From Leptogorgia sarmentosa (Eukaryota), in contig OZ210885.1 in assembly GCA_964658305.1 (NCBI GenBank), positions 15,934,001 through 15,998,000 on the forward strand: a stretch of DNA of 64,000 nt, read 5' to 3'. The translations under genes and the position numbers were made by a program. Below the pieces are notes generated by a model, which saw only the letters and a program-made list of their open reading frames with translations, was not told the DNA's origin and did not search any database. This document shows positions 51,241 through 64,000 of the stretch, piece by piece; the stretch's first letter is position 1, and each line of letters begins with the position of its first letter.

Positions 51241-53669
51241 CTATTGTAAAAAGAAAAACATACTGGGTATTAAGAAGGTATTTTTGTTCCAGTTTGCTAA
51301 TCACACACCTTTCAAAGCTACTGTAAATGATGAAGAAAATGCATGAAAATGTCTATTGTATAATAGGTTGTCTATGCACCACTGTTTGTTAGGAATTAAT
51401 CTTTAATTTTATGTCGTAATATTGTGAGTTGAGTGCGGAAATTTTCACTGAAAATTAATACGTTTTGGTGCACACCTAAAAACGTTCATCACACATCCAG
51501 TGCACAGGAATTTGACATTACATACTGGTGCACAACTCGTGCATGATATATTGTCAAACACTCCTACGATGGGATTTACATCCAGTATGAAACATATATA
51601 AGAAACAAAGCATTCATAATAATGGAAATGGAAATCTGAAAATCTGAATTTATGGGTTACTACTTTATTTTTATACACCATGCATCTTTCTGTGTACCAG
51701 GCGCGAATCCAGCTTTAAATCTGACCGTGGCAGGGTCGAAAATTCGCATAACCAGGGGGGTTCGGGACACCCCCCCCCGGTAAATTGTCAAAATTTGAAC
51801 ACATTTCCCTGCGTTCAGAGCATCGAATTCTATCATATATTCGCCATTAATTCCGCCATATTTTAGAGAGAAATAACGAATCGCACTCAATGAACTTAAA
51901 TCGAGATCATATTACTATTTGACCAACTTCCAATAATTTACATATAAAATTTGCATACACAAATATTCCCTGGCCCTAAGGCAATTGCAAATTTAATATA
52001 AATCTATTAAAATTTCTTACTTAACACAGATATTAGGCCCAGATCTTTCAATTTGACTCTTGGGGAACTGCAGTTTGGAAAATTCGCACACTCGCAGCAC
52101 GATGTCGCCTGTAGATTTTATACGGCGCAGCTTTCCTTCAGTGATAAATTTATATTTATCACACTGTTGCCTCAAGAGTGATAACTCCCCTGAAATATCT
52201 TCGTCCTGGTTCAATTTTTGAAAGATTTCAACGAGCTTCTTGAGAACATCGACCTTTTCAAAAGCCTCCATTCTAACAGCATTCGATTCAGCGAACTGAT
52301 CAATATAGCTTGTTATGAAATTCTACCCGTCAAGTCCGACGAGTACCCGAACTCATCATGCTGAATTTAAAATAAGTACTCAGATACTGTTCTAACATAA
52401 TTAGCTTGCATATTTACTTACTACCTGCAGCCAGACATCTACTCCTCAAAATCAAACGAAAAATTCAATTAATCACGAATGTGGCATTGTAACAAATATA
52501 TTACCAGGATTATTAATAATTACCCCGTGACTATTTGACCGGCAGCCGGTCAGGTTGCAAAAAATACTATTTGACCGGCAGTCTTATTTGTGAGCCATCA
52601 TAATCTTAGGACAGTGGTTATTTAGCGGGGGATTGCGGGAAATTCTGTCTTTTGTATTGTTGGAGCTCTTAAAATAAAAATATTGGGAAAACGAGATACT
52701 TTTTATTACTATCATTTATATTATTTTTTAGTACGGTTGGATATTTGAATATGGAAAGTGCTTACAACTTAAAGAAAAAGGTACCGTATGCAAATATATA
52801 TGCAAATTACATGTGATGTGCTTGCTTCTAAATTATTAATATGTATAATATTCATGTCCATATGCATGGCTGGCATGGCCATACATATTCATCATGTTGC
52901 CTGATAAATGCTGATAAATTTAATTCATATGTCTAAAGGTCCTTCAGGAAAGATAAAGTGACTACATTGAATTGTATAACTGATTAACATACCAATATTT
53001 CCCACTAGGGAAGAGAAGAATAAGACATCTTAATGTGGACTGTAATCTTAAGGACTGTATGCCCAAAAATGTACAATACAACTAAGACCGGATATACAGT
53101 GTATATGATATGCAGTGTATTTTTTTTGCAAAATATACACCCAATGCTGAGTTAGGGTCCACAAAAATAAAACAGTGTCGAACTCATGTTTACAAATTTA
53201 TATAATGTATAATAGTTTACCCCATGCCACCAGGCATGGATTTTCTGAGGGTGGGGGTGCTCCCCCCCCCCCCCCCGCCCAGAAATTTTTGGCATCCCCA
53301 AGAAACTTTAGACTTATAGTTTCCTTAAAAAAAAATAATTGTATAGATATAAACTTTGTAGAGCATTTTAAATTTATTGTAAAATTAATGATTAAAATGG
53401 AAAATGATGTATTGTATAGATTTTCCATTTAAATTTCTGAGCTCACTGCTCATGCAGTTTGAGCACTCTCTTGGATTGGGTGGAGAGTCTTTATTAGACA
53501 TTCACTATTTGCAATATGCATTGCTCACTACTCGCAGTTTGAGCACTCTGGTGACTCCACAATGCAATCCTTCCTCACAATGTGTAACTGTACATCCTGT
53601 GCCCAAGTTCAGGAGTTGCCTTAAGGCCATTATGGTGATAACCGGGAGGGCACATTGTTATATGTTTTG

Positions 53670-53700
<31 letters not shown>

Positions 53701-53790
53701 ATACTTTGGTTGCCATGTCTGGATGATAAAATGATATACTAAAAATTTAAACTTCGTCAGACATTTAAAAAGTTTAAAAACTTTATTGAT

Positions 53791-53826
53791 CCCAAACGTT
53801 TCGCCGATTAAGGCTTCTTCAGTGGG
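53791..53826 (-). ncRNA. Minimal type I hammerhead motif (Penelope-like element terminus)
   Basis: The minus strand reads CCCA-CTGAAGA-A-GCC-TTAATC-GGC-GAAACGTT-TGGG, followed by AATAAA. The segment is flanked by (TA)n. Confidence 0.65.
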
Positions 53827-53995
53827 TATGGTGCTTGCTATAATAATATACGTTCAATATATATATATGAGGCAAAATCCCCTCTAACTAGTCATGGAAT
53901 TTTTATTTTACAGATATTTTACAATACATTGAATATGCTATTTTCAGAATATCATCACGAATAACACATTTCACTCCACCACCAGAATTACAACA

Positions 53996-56900
53996 TTGAA
54001 CATCTGTTTCCCCCAAGTTGTCCCAGTTGGACCTACACTTCTTCATTGCCAGGCCCCAGAAAGGAAAGTAGATGTGTCAACTCTGACAAGTATGCCATCA
54101 GAATCAAGTTGTCTTGAGATGATTACAACACTGAGATTGGGAAGTTACCCAGCAGTTTCATGCGACCTGGGAGTATTTGATGAAATAGAAATGTCTTTGC
54201 AAAGTTTACTAAATGTACATAAGCTTCGCAATGTTTCTGCACAAGTGAAACAAGAAATAGAGTGGTTAGACAAAGATATTAAATATCCTGAATCTGGCTG
54301 TACCGTGCCAAAAGAAGATCTGCATACTTTTAAACGACTTCTGATGGACAAGCCCAATGGAAATTGTGTACTTGAAGATGATAGTACTATACTTGCTTCA
54401 GATCTTTCTACTATAGTTGGAAACAGGTGGCTTCATTATAGCATTCTTTCCGGTATTGTAAAACTACTTCAAAAGGAGAATACAAAGACATGCACACTTC
54501 TACTAAACGACTCACTCTTTATGGATGCTGAAACTCTCCAGAAGCAAGTTTCAAAAATTGTACAAAGCAAACCAAGCAGTCTTACATTTGTTTCTCATGT
54601 AGGAAGGTCCAAAGAAGTTTTTCTCAGTTCACCAAAAAGAAAAGGCTGTCACTGGACAATGACATACTTGGACCTGGTATCTAATTCCTGGTTCTATTGC
54701 GACACTCTTGGTTGGAATCCCCCTTTCGATCTGAAGAAAGAAATTAACCGAGTGTTGGACGCCATTGACAACATTTACTGTCTACCAAAAAAACCCTATA
54801 AGAAGTTTTTTATCTGTCACACGCCATCATCAATCTACATTCACCATCACAACTGTTCATCCAAGTGTTTCAAAAACTTTCCTTTTCAAACATGTGGCAA
54901 CGTATGTGGAGCCATTATAGCTATCTTAGCGGTGGTTGCTCAAAAGGTACCCAATGTCTGGCAGAAAGTGATACTTTCACCAACTGGCAATCTACCTTCC
55001 GGTTTGAAATGGTTGCTAGAGCCAACCACTTACTCTGATTATTTGCGTGAACTGATCATCTCTTGGCTAGTCAAAGGCGAAATCGATGTTGCATTTATTG
55101 AAAACTGCTTAAAAGATGAAGTTGTCCAGAAAATACAAGATCTAGTGTCCGCGACACGTCCTTGTGAATCAGAATTCGTCGAGAAATCAATGCAGTCTGT
55201 GGCACATCCACATCCACCTGTTCTCAAAGTCTTGCACGACGCGCAGCACTCCGTGGCCAGGCTGCCTGTTTCCGAAATAGAAAATGCGCTGGCTCCCGTG
55301 GTAGATCCGCCCGCTTTTAATGTCTTGGAAGACACACAGCACTCCCTGGCCCGTCCGCCTTCTTTCGAAATGGACGAAGTGCAGCCTTCCGTAGTACTCC
55401 CCTCAATTCTCAAAGTCTTGGACGACACGCAGCATTCCGTGGCCAGGCCGCCTTCTTCCGGCGAAATCGATGAAACGCAGTATACCGTAATAGACCCGTC
55501 TGTTCCAGTAGACGTCGGGAAAACTCAGCAATCTGAAACAAGTCCGCCAGAAATTCAGGAAGACCAGCAACTAAAAGATAAAGCGATAAAAAGTGAAAAT
55601 AGGGAGACGTGCAAATTCACAGTGGGAGAACGATTCGCCAGCTTAATCGAACTAGATGAGCCAATCGAACGGTACGAATGTCATTTCTTTTGTCAGCTCT
55701 GGAAGAGAGATGCCAGAACACTAGACGCTGCTCGTAAAAGAGTTCCAGAAAGGGTCAAATGCCAACCAGAGTTTAAAATACTACTCACTCAAGCTCTCCT
55801 GCAAATTTGGCGAAAAAGCTTCAAAGCCGCGCGAAAAAATGATAAGACCATCCAGTTCCTTTCACCAGTGCTGCCCGTTTGAAATCTACCTGTCGCTTTC
55901 ACAAGATGGAAAAGAGTTGGAGGTTCATAGGGTGCATGAGGAACACAACCATCAAATATCACGCGAGCTGTACAACCATTTCCCTCGACAACGACGTCTC
56001 GATACGCAGGATAAAGAAGAAGTAAAAGACGCAATCCGCCTAAAAGCTAACACTAAACTTATCCAGCAAAAGATCGAGAAAGCAACTGGTCGTCCTATAA
56101 CTTTGAAGGATATTCAAAACCTACAAACCCAAACAAGGAAAGAACATAACAGCAATGAATTAGACGCTGTTGTCACCTTCCTTCAAAAAGATCGTAACTC
56201 TACAGTTGAAGTTACCGTGGACAAAGACAACGAATTTAAATGTCTATTTTACCAGGATAAGAAAATGAAGACCGTTTTTGCCATGTATCCAGAGTTATTA
56301 ATGGTTGATGCTACATACAAGTTACTTGACTTGAAAATGCCAGTATATGTTCTCTTAACCGTTGACGGTCATGGCTTAAGTGAAATAATTGGATTGTTTA
56401 TAGTTGCTGAAGAAACAGGAGTAACGATTGAATCAGCGGTAGAATGCTTCAAGACGCATAATCCAGCCTGGGAGAAGACAAAAGTTGTCATATCCGATAA
56501 AGATTTTACTGAGAGGGATGTGTTCAGTAGGTGTTTTCCTGGTGTAGTTCTTCAAATTTGTCTGTTCCATACATTAAGGACATTCAAGAGAGAGGTCACC
56601 ATGGATAAAATGGGCATTACATCTGGCGAGAGAAACAGATGTCTGGAAATTATAACAAAAATTACCTATTCACGGACAGCTGAAGAATACCAACTAAACC
56701 TGGGTTTGCTAAAAGCTACAAAAATTGATTCTGTTGTATCATACTTTCTGGAGAATTGGGATCCGATTAAAGAGCAATGGGTACGTTGTTTTAAAGATAC
56801 TGCCTTCAACTTGGGCGAGACAACCAATAACCATCTTGAAAGCATCAACAGTAAAATTAAAAGCGTTTGTTCCAAATATGGCAGTCTCTTGCAGTTTTTT

Positions 56901-58315
56901 ACCGAATTCTTCGCCGTTTTAGGAGCACTGCGAAATGAACAGCAACACCACAGGCTAATGGCATGTGCTCGCTGTGCAAATTGTTTATTGTCAATGGACG
57001 ATGATCTACGAGATCATGGGAACTATGTTACACCATATGCTTTTAGGCATATTCAAGACCAAGCGAAGATTTCTAAAATGGTAGAAGTAAATAAAAAGTT
57101 ATCAGACGATACCTTTCTCATAATCAGGCATGACCAAACATGTGCGATTGCTTCGCCAGTCTCGTGCCAGTGCAACTACCCTGCAAAAATTGGACTGCCG
57201 CGTCGCCATATTTTTAAAGTTAGACAACTCTTGAATATGAGTCGCTTTGATGAATCACTGGTTTTGGACCGATGGAAGAACGCTTATGCTAACAATTCAG
57301 AACAATATGCTACAACGGAACTCTGCAACATGGAAAGTGATAGCACAAATGATGCTTATATCAATGTACAAGATGAGGTATCTCAGAAAAAGATCTTGTC
57401 AGAAGCCCAGAAGTACAAGAAAGCTTTAAACATGGCTCAAGCATTGGCATCCGTGCCAAGTAAGGTGGGATGAAGACTTTTAATGAACGAATGATGCAGA
57501 TGCGGGCATTACTTGAGTCATGGCAGACTGGGAAACCATTTAATTTAATTGATACAAGCCTGCACAGTATTCCAAGTAATGTTTCTGCAAAAATCGATAA
57601 GCTGTTTTCTGAAAGTGTTGATACTGCTTCTCCTGACAGAGATAACAGCGAAGTCACTCCTAAGACAAGCCTGCAAAGTGGTGAAAACCAGGCAGACGTT
57701 AAAGATACGTTGCAGGGAACACAACCTACTAGAGATGAGAAAAAACAGATGGATATTGTGGATGACGATGCGTCCGAATTCAGTGAATTTGCAGATGTAA
57801 GGATGCCTCCAAAAATGTTGAAGAGAGGAAGGCCTAAAGGTGCCGGTTTGACCGTTATTGGACTCCCGAAAGTAAAGAAGAGAAAAGTTGACAGCAGAAA
57901 TCTAGTACCGTTTGCCAAACTGAAACCAGAAGAAGAGGACAGACTTCTTTTGGAATGCTTTGTCAGCCCTTTAACTGCAAAACAAGCGCTGAGTGGGGCG
58001 CAAATTCAGAATTGTACAATAGAATCAAATCCTCTTAAGATCCCTGACTTGGCGAGGGATGAAAGTGTTGTCGATATCAATCGAATTGAAAAGTATTTTC
58101 GAAATGAAGAATGGTTGAGAGTTTTGGAAGCTTTAACAAAGAAGAGAAAATTTCCTTGGATCTGCTCAGGATGTACAAAGGCAATAAAGAACAGTCAAGA
58201 CAGTGTTGCTTGTGAAAGATGCTTGAACTGGTATCATTTTCCTTGTGTAGCTTTACATAAGAAGCCAAAAACAAAAAATTGGTTTTGCTGGAATTGTAAG
58301 AGTAAATACCAATGA
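53996..58315 (+). pseudogene. Ulp1/C48 protease - MULE transposase - SWIM - PHD polyprotein with frameshifts near 55760-55840 and 57470
   Basis: C48 protease: NRWL, HWTM..D...YCDTLG, FQTCGNVCG. MULE: MVDATYKL, ISDKD, CLFH, TNNHLESIN. A SWIM-like CQC...PRRH, a KRGRPKG AT-hook, and PHD CSGC...CERC..WYH..C...WFCWNC. Confidence 0.88.
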
Positions 58316-59074
58316 CAACCTACACCAGCCAACACCACAGTCAAGTATTATGCGCATGTGTAAGATGTCAGAAAAAACACGGGAAGAATTATGGCAAACT
58401 GTATGCAAAACAGTACGGATTGAACTTTAAAAACACAAAAAATACGAAAATACCTGAAATATAAGTGAGAGAATTTCTTAGTATCATTCTTGTGTTTAAA
58501 AGAAAGTCCTCTTGTGTTTAAAAACATTTTTAAAACAACAAAATGTTTTATACTGGTTGATACAACTTCGGAACAGACCTAATTGTCGTTGTGGTTTATA
58601 TTTTGTAACTAAAACACTGCGTTTCAAATGCAATATAAGTTCTTTGTTCTTCAACATTCATTGACTTGTTCTTCAACATTGACAGCAAAATAGAAGATTA
58701 ATAAATATAGCATCACAGTAACAGAGGAGAGGCTAAATCACGCCTAACAGTTAACCCCATAGACCCCCTCATTCATCATTGTATAATAAAATTAATAGTA
58801 ACAACTATAGAAATACGGTAGACTTACAAATATCTAACGTGCTTTGTAAAAGTTGATTCTTTTCTGCGGAATCTGCAGTAAACTCTTTTAAAAAACAATT
58901 TTATTGTTCATACTATTCAATTGTATCCTTAATCTATGATACAAGGTAAGATGAAGTAGAGGCAACCACTATCCCAGTACCACTGTCCTAAGATTATGAT
59001 GGCTCACAAATAAGACTGCCGGTCAAATAGTATTTTTTGCAACCTGACCGGCTGCCGGTCAAACAGTCACGGGG

Positions 59075-59372
59075 TAATAATCATGCATAATCAGGTGGTT
59101 TGTTGAAAGGAAGGTCGTCATCTTTGGGTCCCAGAGGGAGTTAATTTTGAATAAGTTTAGCCACAATTCTCAGGGGTGAAAATATGCGATTTCGACCAAT
59201 GACTTTTAATAGACTCATATGTGCTCCGTTTTACTCAAAATGGTACAATAAACTTGTCGTTCAACAGCTAACAACTTGCTCTTTATGACCATATAAAAAT
59301 TACGTTTATACACCCAGCAAATAGCGCTCAATGGCATGTCAAAGTTGGATTACCTTTTTTTGAGACACCCTG
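59075..59372. mobile_element. Right half of a diverged second copy of the 34308 MITE; the matching interior piece is at ~52462-52522
   Basis: Colinear similarity with 34590-34880, ending GAGACACCCTG. Bases 52462-52522 match 34533-34590, so the MULE split this MITE. Confidence 0.85.
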
Positions 59373-59400
59373 TGTATATATATATACCCTGACTTGAGCT

Positions 59401-59670
59401 GAGGCACAGCCGAGTTGGCTATCAGCCATATACGACGAGAGCGAATGGTATAATTGTTTTATTATATAGACAAAAGGCGAACATTATAAAATTTATTAAA
59501 ATCATTCATTTGAGGGAAACGCTCAGCCATTTTCAGCCATTTTGTTTTAAGCTTACTTGAGTGAGATAATTAATTCGTCCTACTCACTATATATGAAGTA
59601 ATAGCTAGTGAGTAGCTCAGCCAATCAGATTACAGAATATCTCATATATAGTGCTTGTCTATATAATAAA
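59401..59670. repeat. Truncated second copy of the 14469-14787 element
   Basis: Near-identical to ~14518-14787. Confidence 0.9.
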
Positions 59671-59832
59671 TATATATATATATATACGATAAAGTTTTGG
59701 TTAATGAAATGCCAAAAGAGTGCTCGATACCATATAGATAGAGCAAATAGTATGGTTTTTTTGAGGCAAAACTATATATATATCTGTAATCCAGGCATGT
59801 TAATGTTTTGAAAGATGTTCTCCGGATTCTAG

Positions 59833-60114
59833 TTGTTATGTATCCTAAACTACAACAGTAATCACCCAACACAGCACAGGTGTAGCTGCCTTAGAACCCT
59901 TTTCAACCGCGCCGACACCCATTGTAGTACAACAGAAAGGAAGAAAAATGAACTCGAGTATCTCTACGAAACCTTCAAGAAGAACAACCACCCAAAACAT
60001 TTCATTGAGTCCTTCCTCAAACGAAAACAACAGCACCGAACACAAGACCCAATCATCCAACAAAACCACGAAACACCAACCAGGCGAATAACTCGGCCCT
60101 TTCTCGATATATGA
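59833..60114 (+). pseudogene. Penelope-like retroelement fragment (RT thumb/linker)
   Basis: LNYNSNHPTQHR.SCLRTLFNRA.THCST....NELEYL...F.KNN.P..FI is typical of the region between the PLE RT and GIY-YIG domains. Confidence 0.75.
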
Positions 60115-60164
60115 GCAACCGAAATAGGCGATTTTATTTCTAGATATAATATAATTGTGGTCAC

Positions 60165-61250
60165 ATTAACACTCCATATTAACTATCTATCACAATCCAT
60201 ATGTGTCTATCATGCTCCATATGTATCTATAACACTCCATTCGTATCTATAACAGTCTATAGGTATATACAACACTTCATAGGTATATATAGTACTGTAT
60301 ATACCTATCTATAACACTCTATATATAAGTATCTATAACATGTCCATGATATCTATGACACTCCATACATATCTATAACACTCCATAGGTATCTATAATA
60401 CTCCATAGGTATCTATAATACTCTATAGGTATCTATAATACTCTATAGGTATCTATAACACTCTATAGGTATCTATAACACTCTATAGGTATCTATAACA
60501 CTCTATAGGTATCTATCACACTCTATAGGTATATATGATACTCCATAGGTATATATGATACTCCATACCTATCTAAAACACTCCATAGGTATCTATAACA
60601 CTCTATAGGTATCTATTACACTCCATAGGTATCTATCACACTCCATAGGTGGTCCGTCAGAGTCGTACGCTCTTTTAGTAAGTTAGTGTAGTCAGGCCCG
60701 TAATCGTATAGTTTTGAGTATATTATACGAACTGGTGATATGGTGTTGATATTGATACTATTCGATCTATTAAAGTTATATACAATGATTAATATGAGTA
60801 AATTAAGATTAAATTAATTACCTATAACAAACCATAGACGTTCTCTAAATCAAATGTTACTTACTTCTTTGGCAGGTCACTACACTCTAACAATATAAAC
60901 AGTAGCTACAGGTTAGCAGAACAAATTCACAGGATAGCCCTTTCACCGCTGCTCCTAACTCAACTAAATTATAGGTCTTAATCATGCAATATATATATAT
61001 AATTATCTGACTGTCAAACTGACAAGGTCTGTCGTTGTCACTAACTAACAGAACTAATGATATTAACAAAGTACTTAAATCAATCATGCGATTGTTATGT
61101 TTTGAGTGCCTAACGAAACAATAGGTATATATAATACTCCATAGGTATATGTAAGTATCTATAACACTCCATAGGTATCTATAACACTCTATAGTTGTCT
61201 ATAACACTCTGTAGGTATCTATAACACCCCATAGGTATCTATAACACTCC
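60165..61250. repeat. 20-bp minisatellite ATCTATAACACT(C/T)TATAGGT in two blocks (~60165-60650, ~61120-61250)
   Basis: Directly visible tandem array, interrupted by ~470 bp of unique sequence. Confidence 0.92.
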
Positions 61251-61662
61251 TAGTTGTCAATTAATTAGCAACGAAAACGCAAAAGAGAACAAAAGGTATA
61301 TTAGGATTTTTATTTTGTAAAAAAGATAATGTGAATTAAACAGCAACATGTACAAATTTATCGTATAGAGAACTTCTTAGTTAAGAAGCAAATCAATCGC
61401 ACAAACAACCTGTCCTAAAAAACTTATATCTTATATCATCAATTCTCTCGGTTATATGTCTTTTTCCAATAGTCTGAATAAACCGCCCGCCACACGATAC
61501 AGATAAGCTAAATTATCTAATAATTAATTTGAAGTGAAAGGAATGCATGCTATTCACTTCCGGTATTTTTTGTGTTATGTCAATACTATTATCAAGTATG
61601 CTTACATTGTCATTGTTCATCTAAATTTCATAAAACCGTTGTGCTGTATGTGGTTTATCATC

Positions 61663-63835
61663 TCATTCTTCAGCTCCAGCATTGACTTGACGAAGAAATT
61701 GCTGAAGCTGTTCCTCTAGTATTCGATAAGCCAACTCTTTTTTCTTCTTAACAGTTTGTAATTTATTCTTTATTTGGATTTTTGTCTTTGATTTGGCATA
61801 ACTATTATTCTTCAGAACTGTCCCCACATCCTGGATGCTTGCATTGAACGCTTCAGGCAGTTCTTGCAAGGTGATGTCGTTAAGATCGTTTGTAAGAAGA
61901 TCAGGACTCAGTACTACGTGTTGGAGAAATATAAAGTTCTCTTCATCAGTCCATCTTCCATGTGTAATATTTTCATTGTGCTCTTTCATATAAGATGATC
62001 CATCTTTTTGTTCCCCTCCTGTATCTGTCTTTGCCCGCTGTCTAATTCTTTTGCCATCTGGGACTTCCTTGGTAGCTCTTCCTAGCGGATTCTTGCACGC
62101 TCTACATCGACAGAAATTCCCGCATCCCTTACTATTTTTTAGACAAGGACAACAAGAGGAGTATTTGCGTCCATTAGGAGCCTCCCTATCTATGCATGAA
62201 TCAGTTGCATCTTTTCTTGTCATGCCACAGGTACATTCAATTTTTTTGTTGCTCTCTGACTTTTCGCATTTTTCACCATCTGATAAATCTGCAACGGCAT
62301 CGTAATGGCCTGGTCCATCTCTTGTAAAAGTTAAAAATATGTTATTTGTCAATAAAGTCATCCGGGGTGATAGTAATGACCTGGTAGTTGGTCATATTTG
62401 TTAGGAGTATAAATGGTGTTTTCAGCACATTTGCCAAAGCCTTCACCATTAGGTCGCCCATATCCCCGGAAAATACACCTGGCATCCCAAAAGATTCAAC
62501 TAGTTGGTCATATTGTTTATCAACCATTGCTTGTAGAAATGGAAAGTACTTGGTTTTGTTTTCTTTTAGTTCATTTACCAATATTTTTCGGAGCAGCAGA
62601 GCAATTTCCTCATTGGAATAGCATGGTTCAATACCTAATTCAACGTAATGTTGCGCAGCAGTACTAGTTTTCTCTTCACTGCTTGTCAAGAACTGGGAAA
62701 CACTGTAGGCAATGGCATTGAACAAACAATTTCCGTCTTTTCTCATTGGTACAACTTGCATCCCAAAACGAACAGTTGCACAATCCACTCCGGTTTTGCT
62801 CACTTCACCACCATTTTCAAGTGCTTCATTTTCTCCAGATGCACGGACAAGGTATCTCATTATTTCATTATGAAAAAATAAATCTTGCGAATTCGATTCA
62901 GTTCCATTATCGCTGTTTGTTTTTAAAAAGTTATGCGATCTTAACATTGCTACTGCGCGTTTCACTACACCTTGATCAGCAATCTCGTTATTATTTCTTG
63001 GTTCTGCGTGAAAAACAGCTTCATTGTTAGCGGTATGATCATTTGAATCGTTCCCAATTCCAAATGTTTCATTCGTTTCCATGCCCGTTGTAGTTCTTTC
63101 CTGCACCGATGAAAGTAGTTGGACAATTGGAATTCCCTTTATTTTGTTTTTTCGTCGTGAATTCCACCCATAAAAAAAAACAGTAAGCAAGGCACCAGCT
63201 TTGCGCCAGCGAAGAGTTCGTTGATTTTTTCGTGCAAGCTCTCGTTTATACTGGTTGAATATCCAACTGGTATGCCAGATAAACATCCCAGAATTGTGTT
63301 TTCGCAGGTTCTCAGTTTCTTTCTCAAATGATTCGCGAAGAATGGGATTTTCAGGTAAGGATTGGGAGATCTGCTTCCATTTTTGAACGAAAAGATCGAA
63401 GTTTGCAAGCAGAATCTCCTTTGATGGAGTAGGTTTCAGTCGTTGGTTGCCTTTGTCATCGTGTTGTCTGAATATCATTGCGCATTCATGTTTGCAAGTG
63501 GCTTGGAAAGGATGAGTTTTCACGATAGTTTTTGTGATCCTTTGAGTTGCATGAAAAAGGTCGAGAAGTACGCGGATATCCTCTCCGAATATCTCCTGTA
63601 TTTTCTTACGCCAAGTGCAGCAGTTATCAATGATAAAGTATTTGATGTCGTTTGCGCATAAACTTGGCCGGTCTCTTATCTTTTCAAGGAGTGACTTTGT
63701 TATGTCAAATTGTTCTTTTTTTGTCAGTTTCCAACTCACTACCTCGTGTTTTTCATTCAGTACGACGAAAAGAGAATTGAATTGCTTCACCCAAGCACCA
63801 TCTGCATCGCGTTTAACACCAATGTTCACTGCCAC
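61663..63835 (-). pseudogene. Zisupton/KDZ-like transposase fused to OTU protease, CXC and Myb-like domains; frameshifted
   Basis: VVLNE..EV.SW.LT, FIIDNCC, LLDLFHATQRI and STSINESLH (shifted frame). OTU: DGNCLFNAIA...GDLMVKALAN...GHYDAV. CXC: CTCG...CPCLKNSKGCGNFCRCRACKNP. Myb-like: GRWTDEE. Confidence 0.65.
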
Positions 63836-64000
63836 CTTGAAACAGAATTTGGATATACAGTAGTATTAATAGAAAGTTATATTAAAGAGGATAATTACTG
63901 CGTTAAAAATTGCGTTTAAATAAAATCATAGGCGTACAGGCTACATTTTTTCAGGGGGGGGCAGAAAGATATTTGCCTGAATTTGAGGGTATAGTGAACG

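Larger units (their letters stand above)
52523..59074 (+). mobile_element. Mutator/MULE DNA transposon with Ulp1 protease and PHD finger
   Basis: ~95-bp TIRs CCCCGTGACT.TTTGACCGGCAG... and a 9-bp TSD TAATAATTA / TAATAATCA (8 of 9 match). Confidence 0.92.

Noticed and set aside
51420..52460. Short ORFs and a CAGGCGCGAATCCAG terminus-like motif (51698)
   Set aside because: Probably TE debris, but there is no partner end, TSD or recognisable domain.

Overview
This window is an AT-rich eukaryotic (intron-containing) region, by inference from a marine invertebrate and probably a cnidarian. It consists almost entirely of nested transposable elements, and I can support no ordinary host gene. From left to right it holds: a frameshifted RAG1/Transib-like DDE transposase; three distinct IS3EU-like units, each pairing an IS3/IS481-type integrase with a convergent HECT E3 ubiquitin-ligase gene; a DIRS-like tyrosine-recombinase relic enclosing BEL/Pao, piggyBac and AcademH (transposase + RecQ helicase) insertions; and a ~10.2-kb Helentron/Helitron2 (OTU-Rep-PIF1-AP endonuclease) inside a HECT intron. 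One IS3EU-like copy is complete at 36007-41931, with ~305-bp TIRs and a 6-bp TSD, and it sits inside an hAT that itself splits a Harbinger transposase. Further right are a solo LTR, a Mutator element (Ulp1-MULE-SWIM-PHD) inserted into a MITE, Penelope fragments, two hammerhead ribozyme motifs, minisatellites, and a Zisupton/KDZ-like transposase with OTU and CXC domains. The recurring theme is ubiquitin/SUMO-system cargo (HECT, CUE-like, OTU, Ulp1) carried by unrelated DNA transposons. All domain calls come from motif recognition by eye; no database searches were run.
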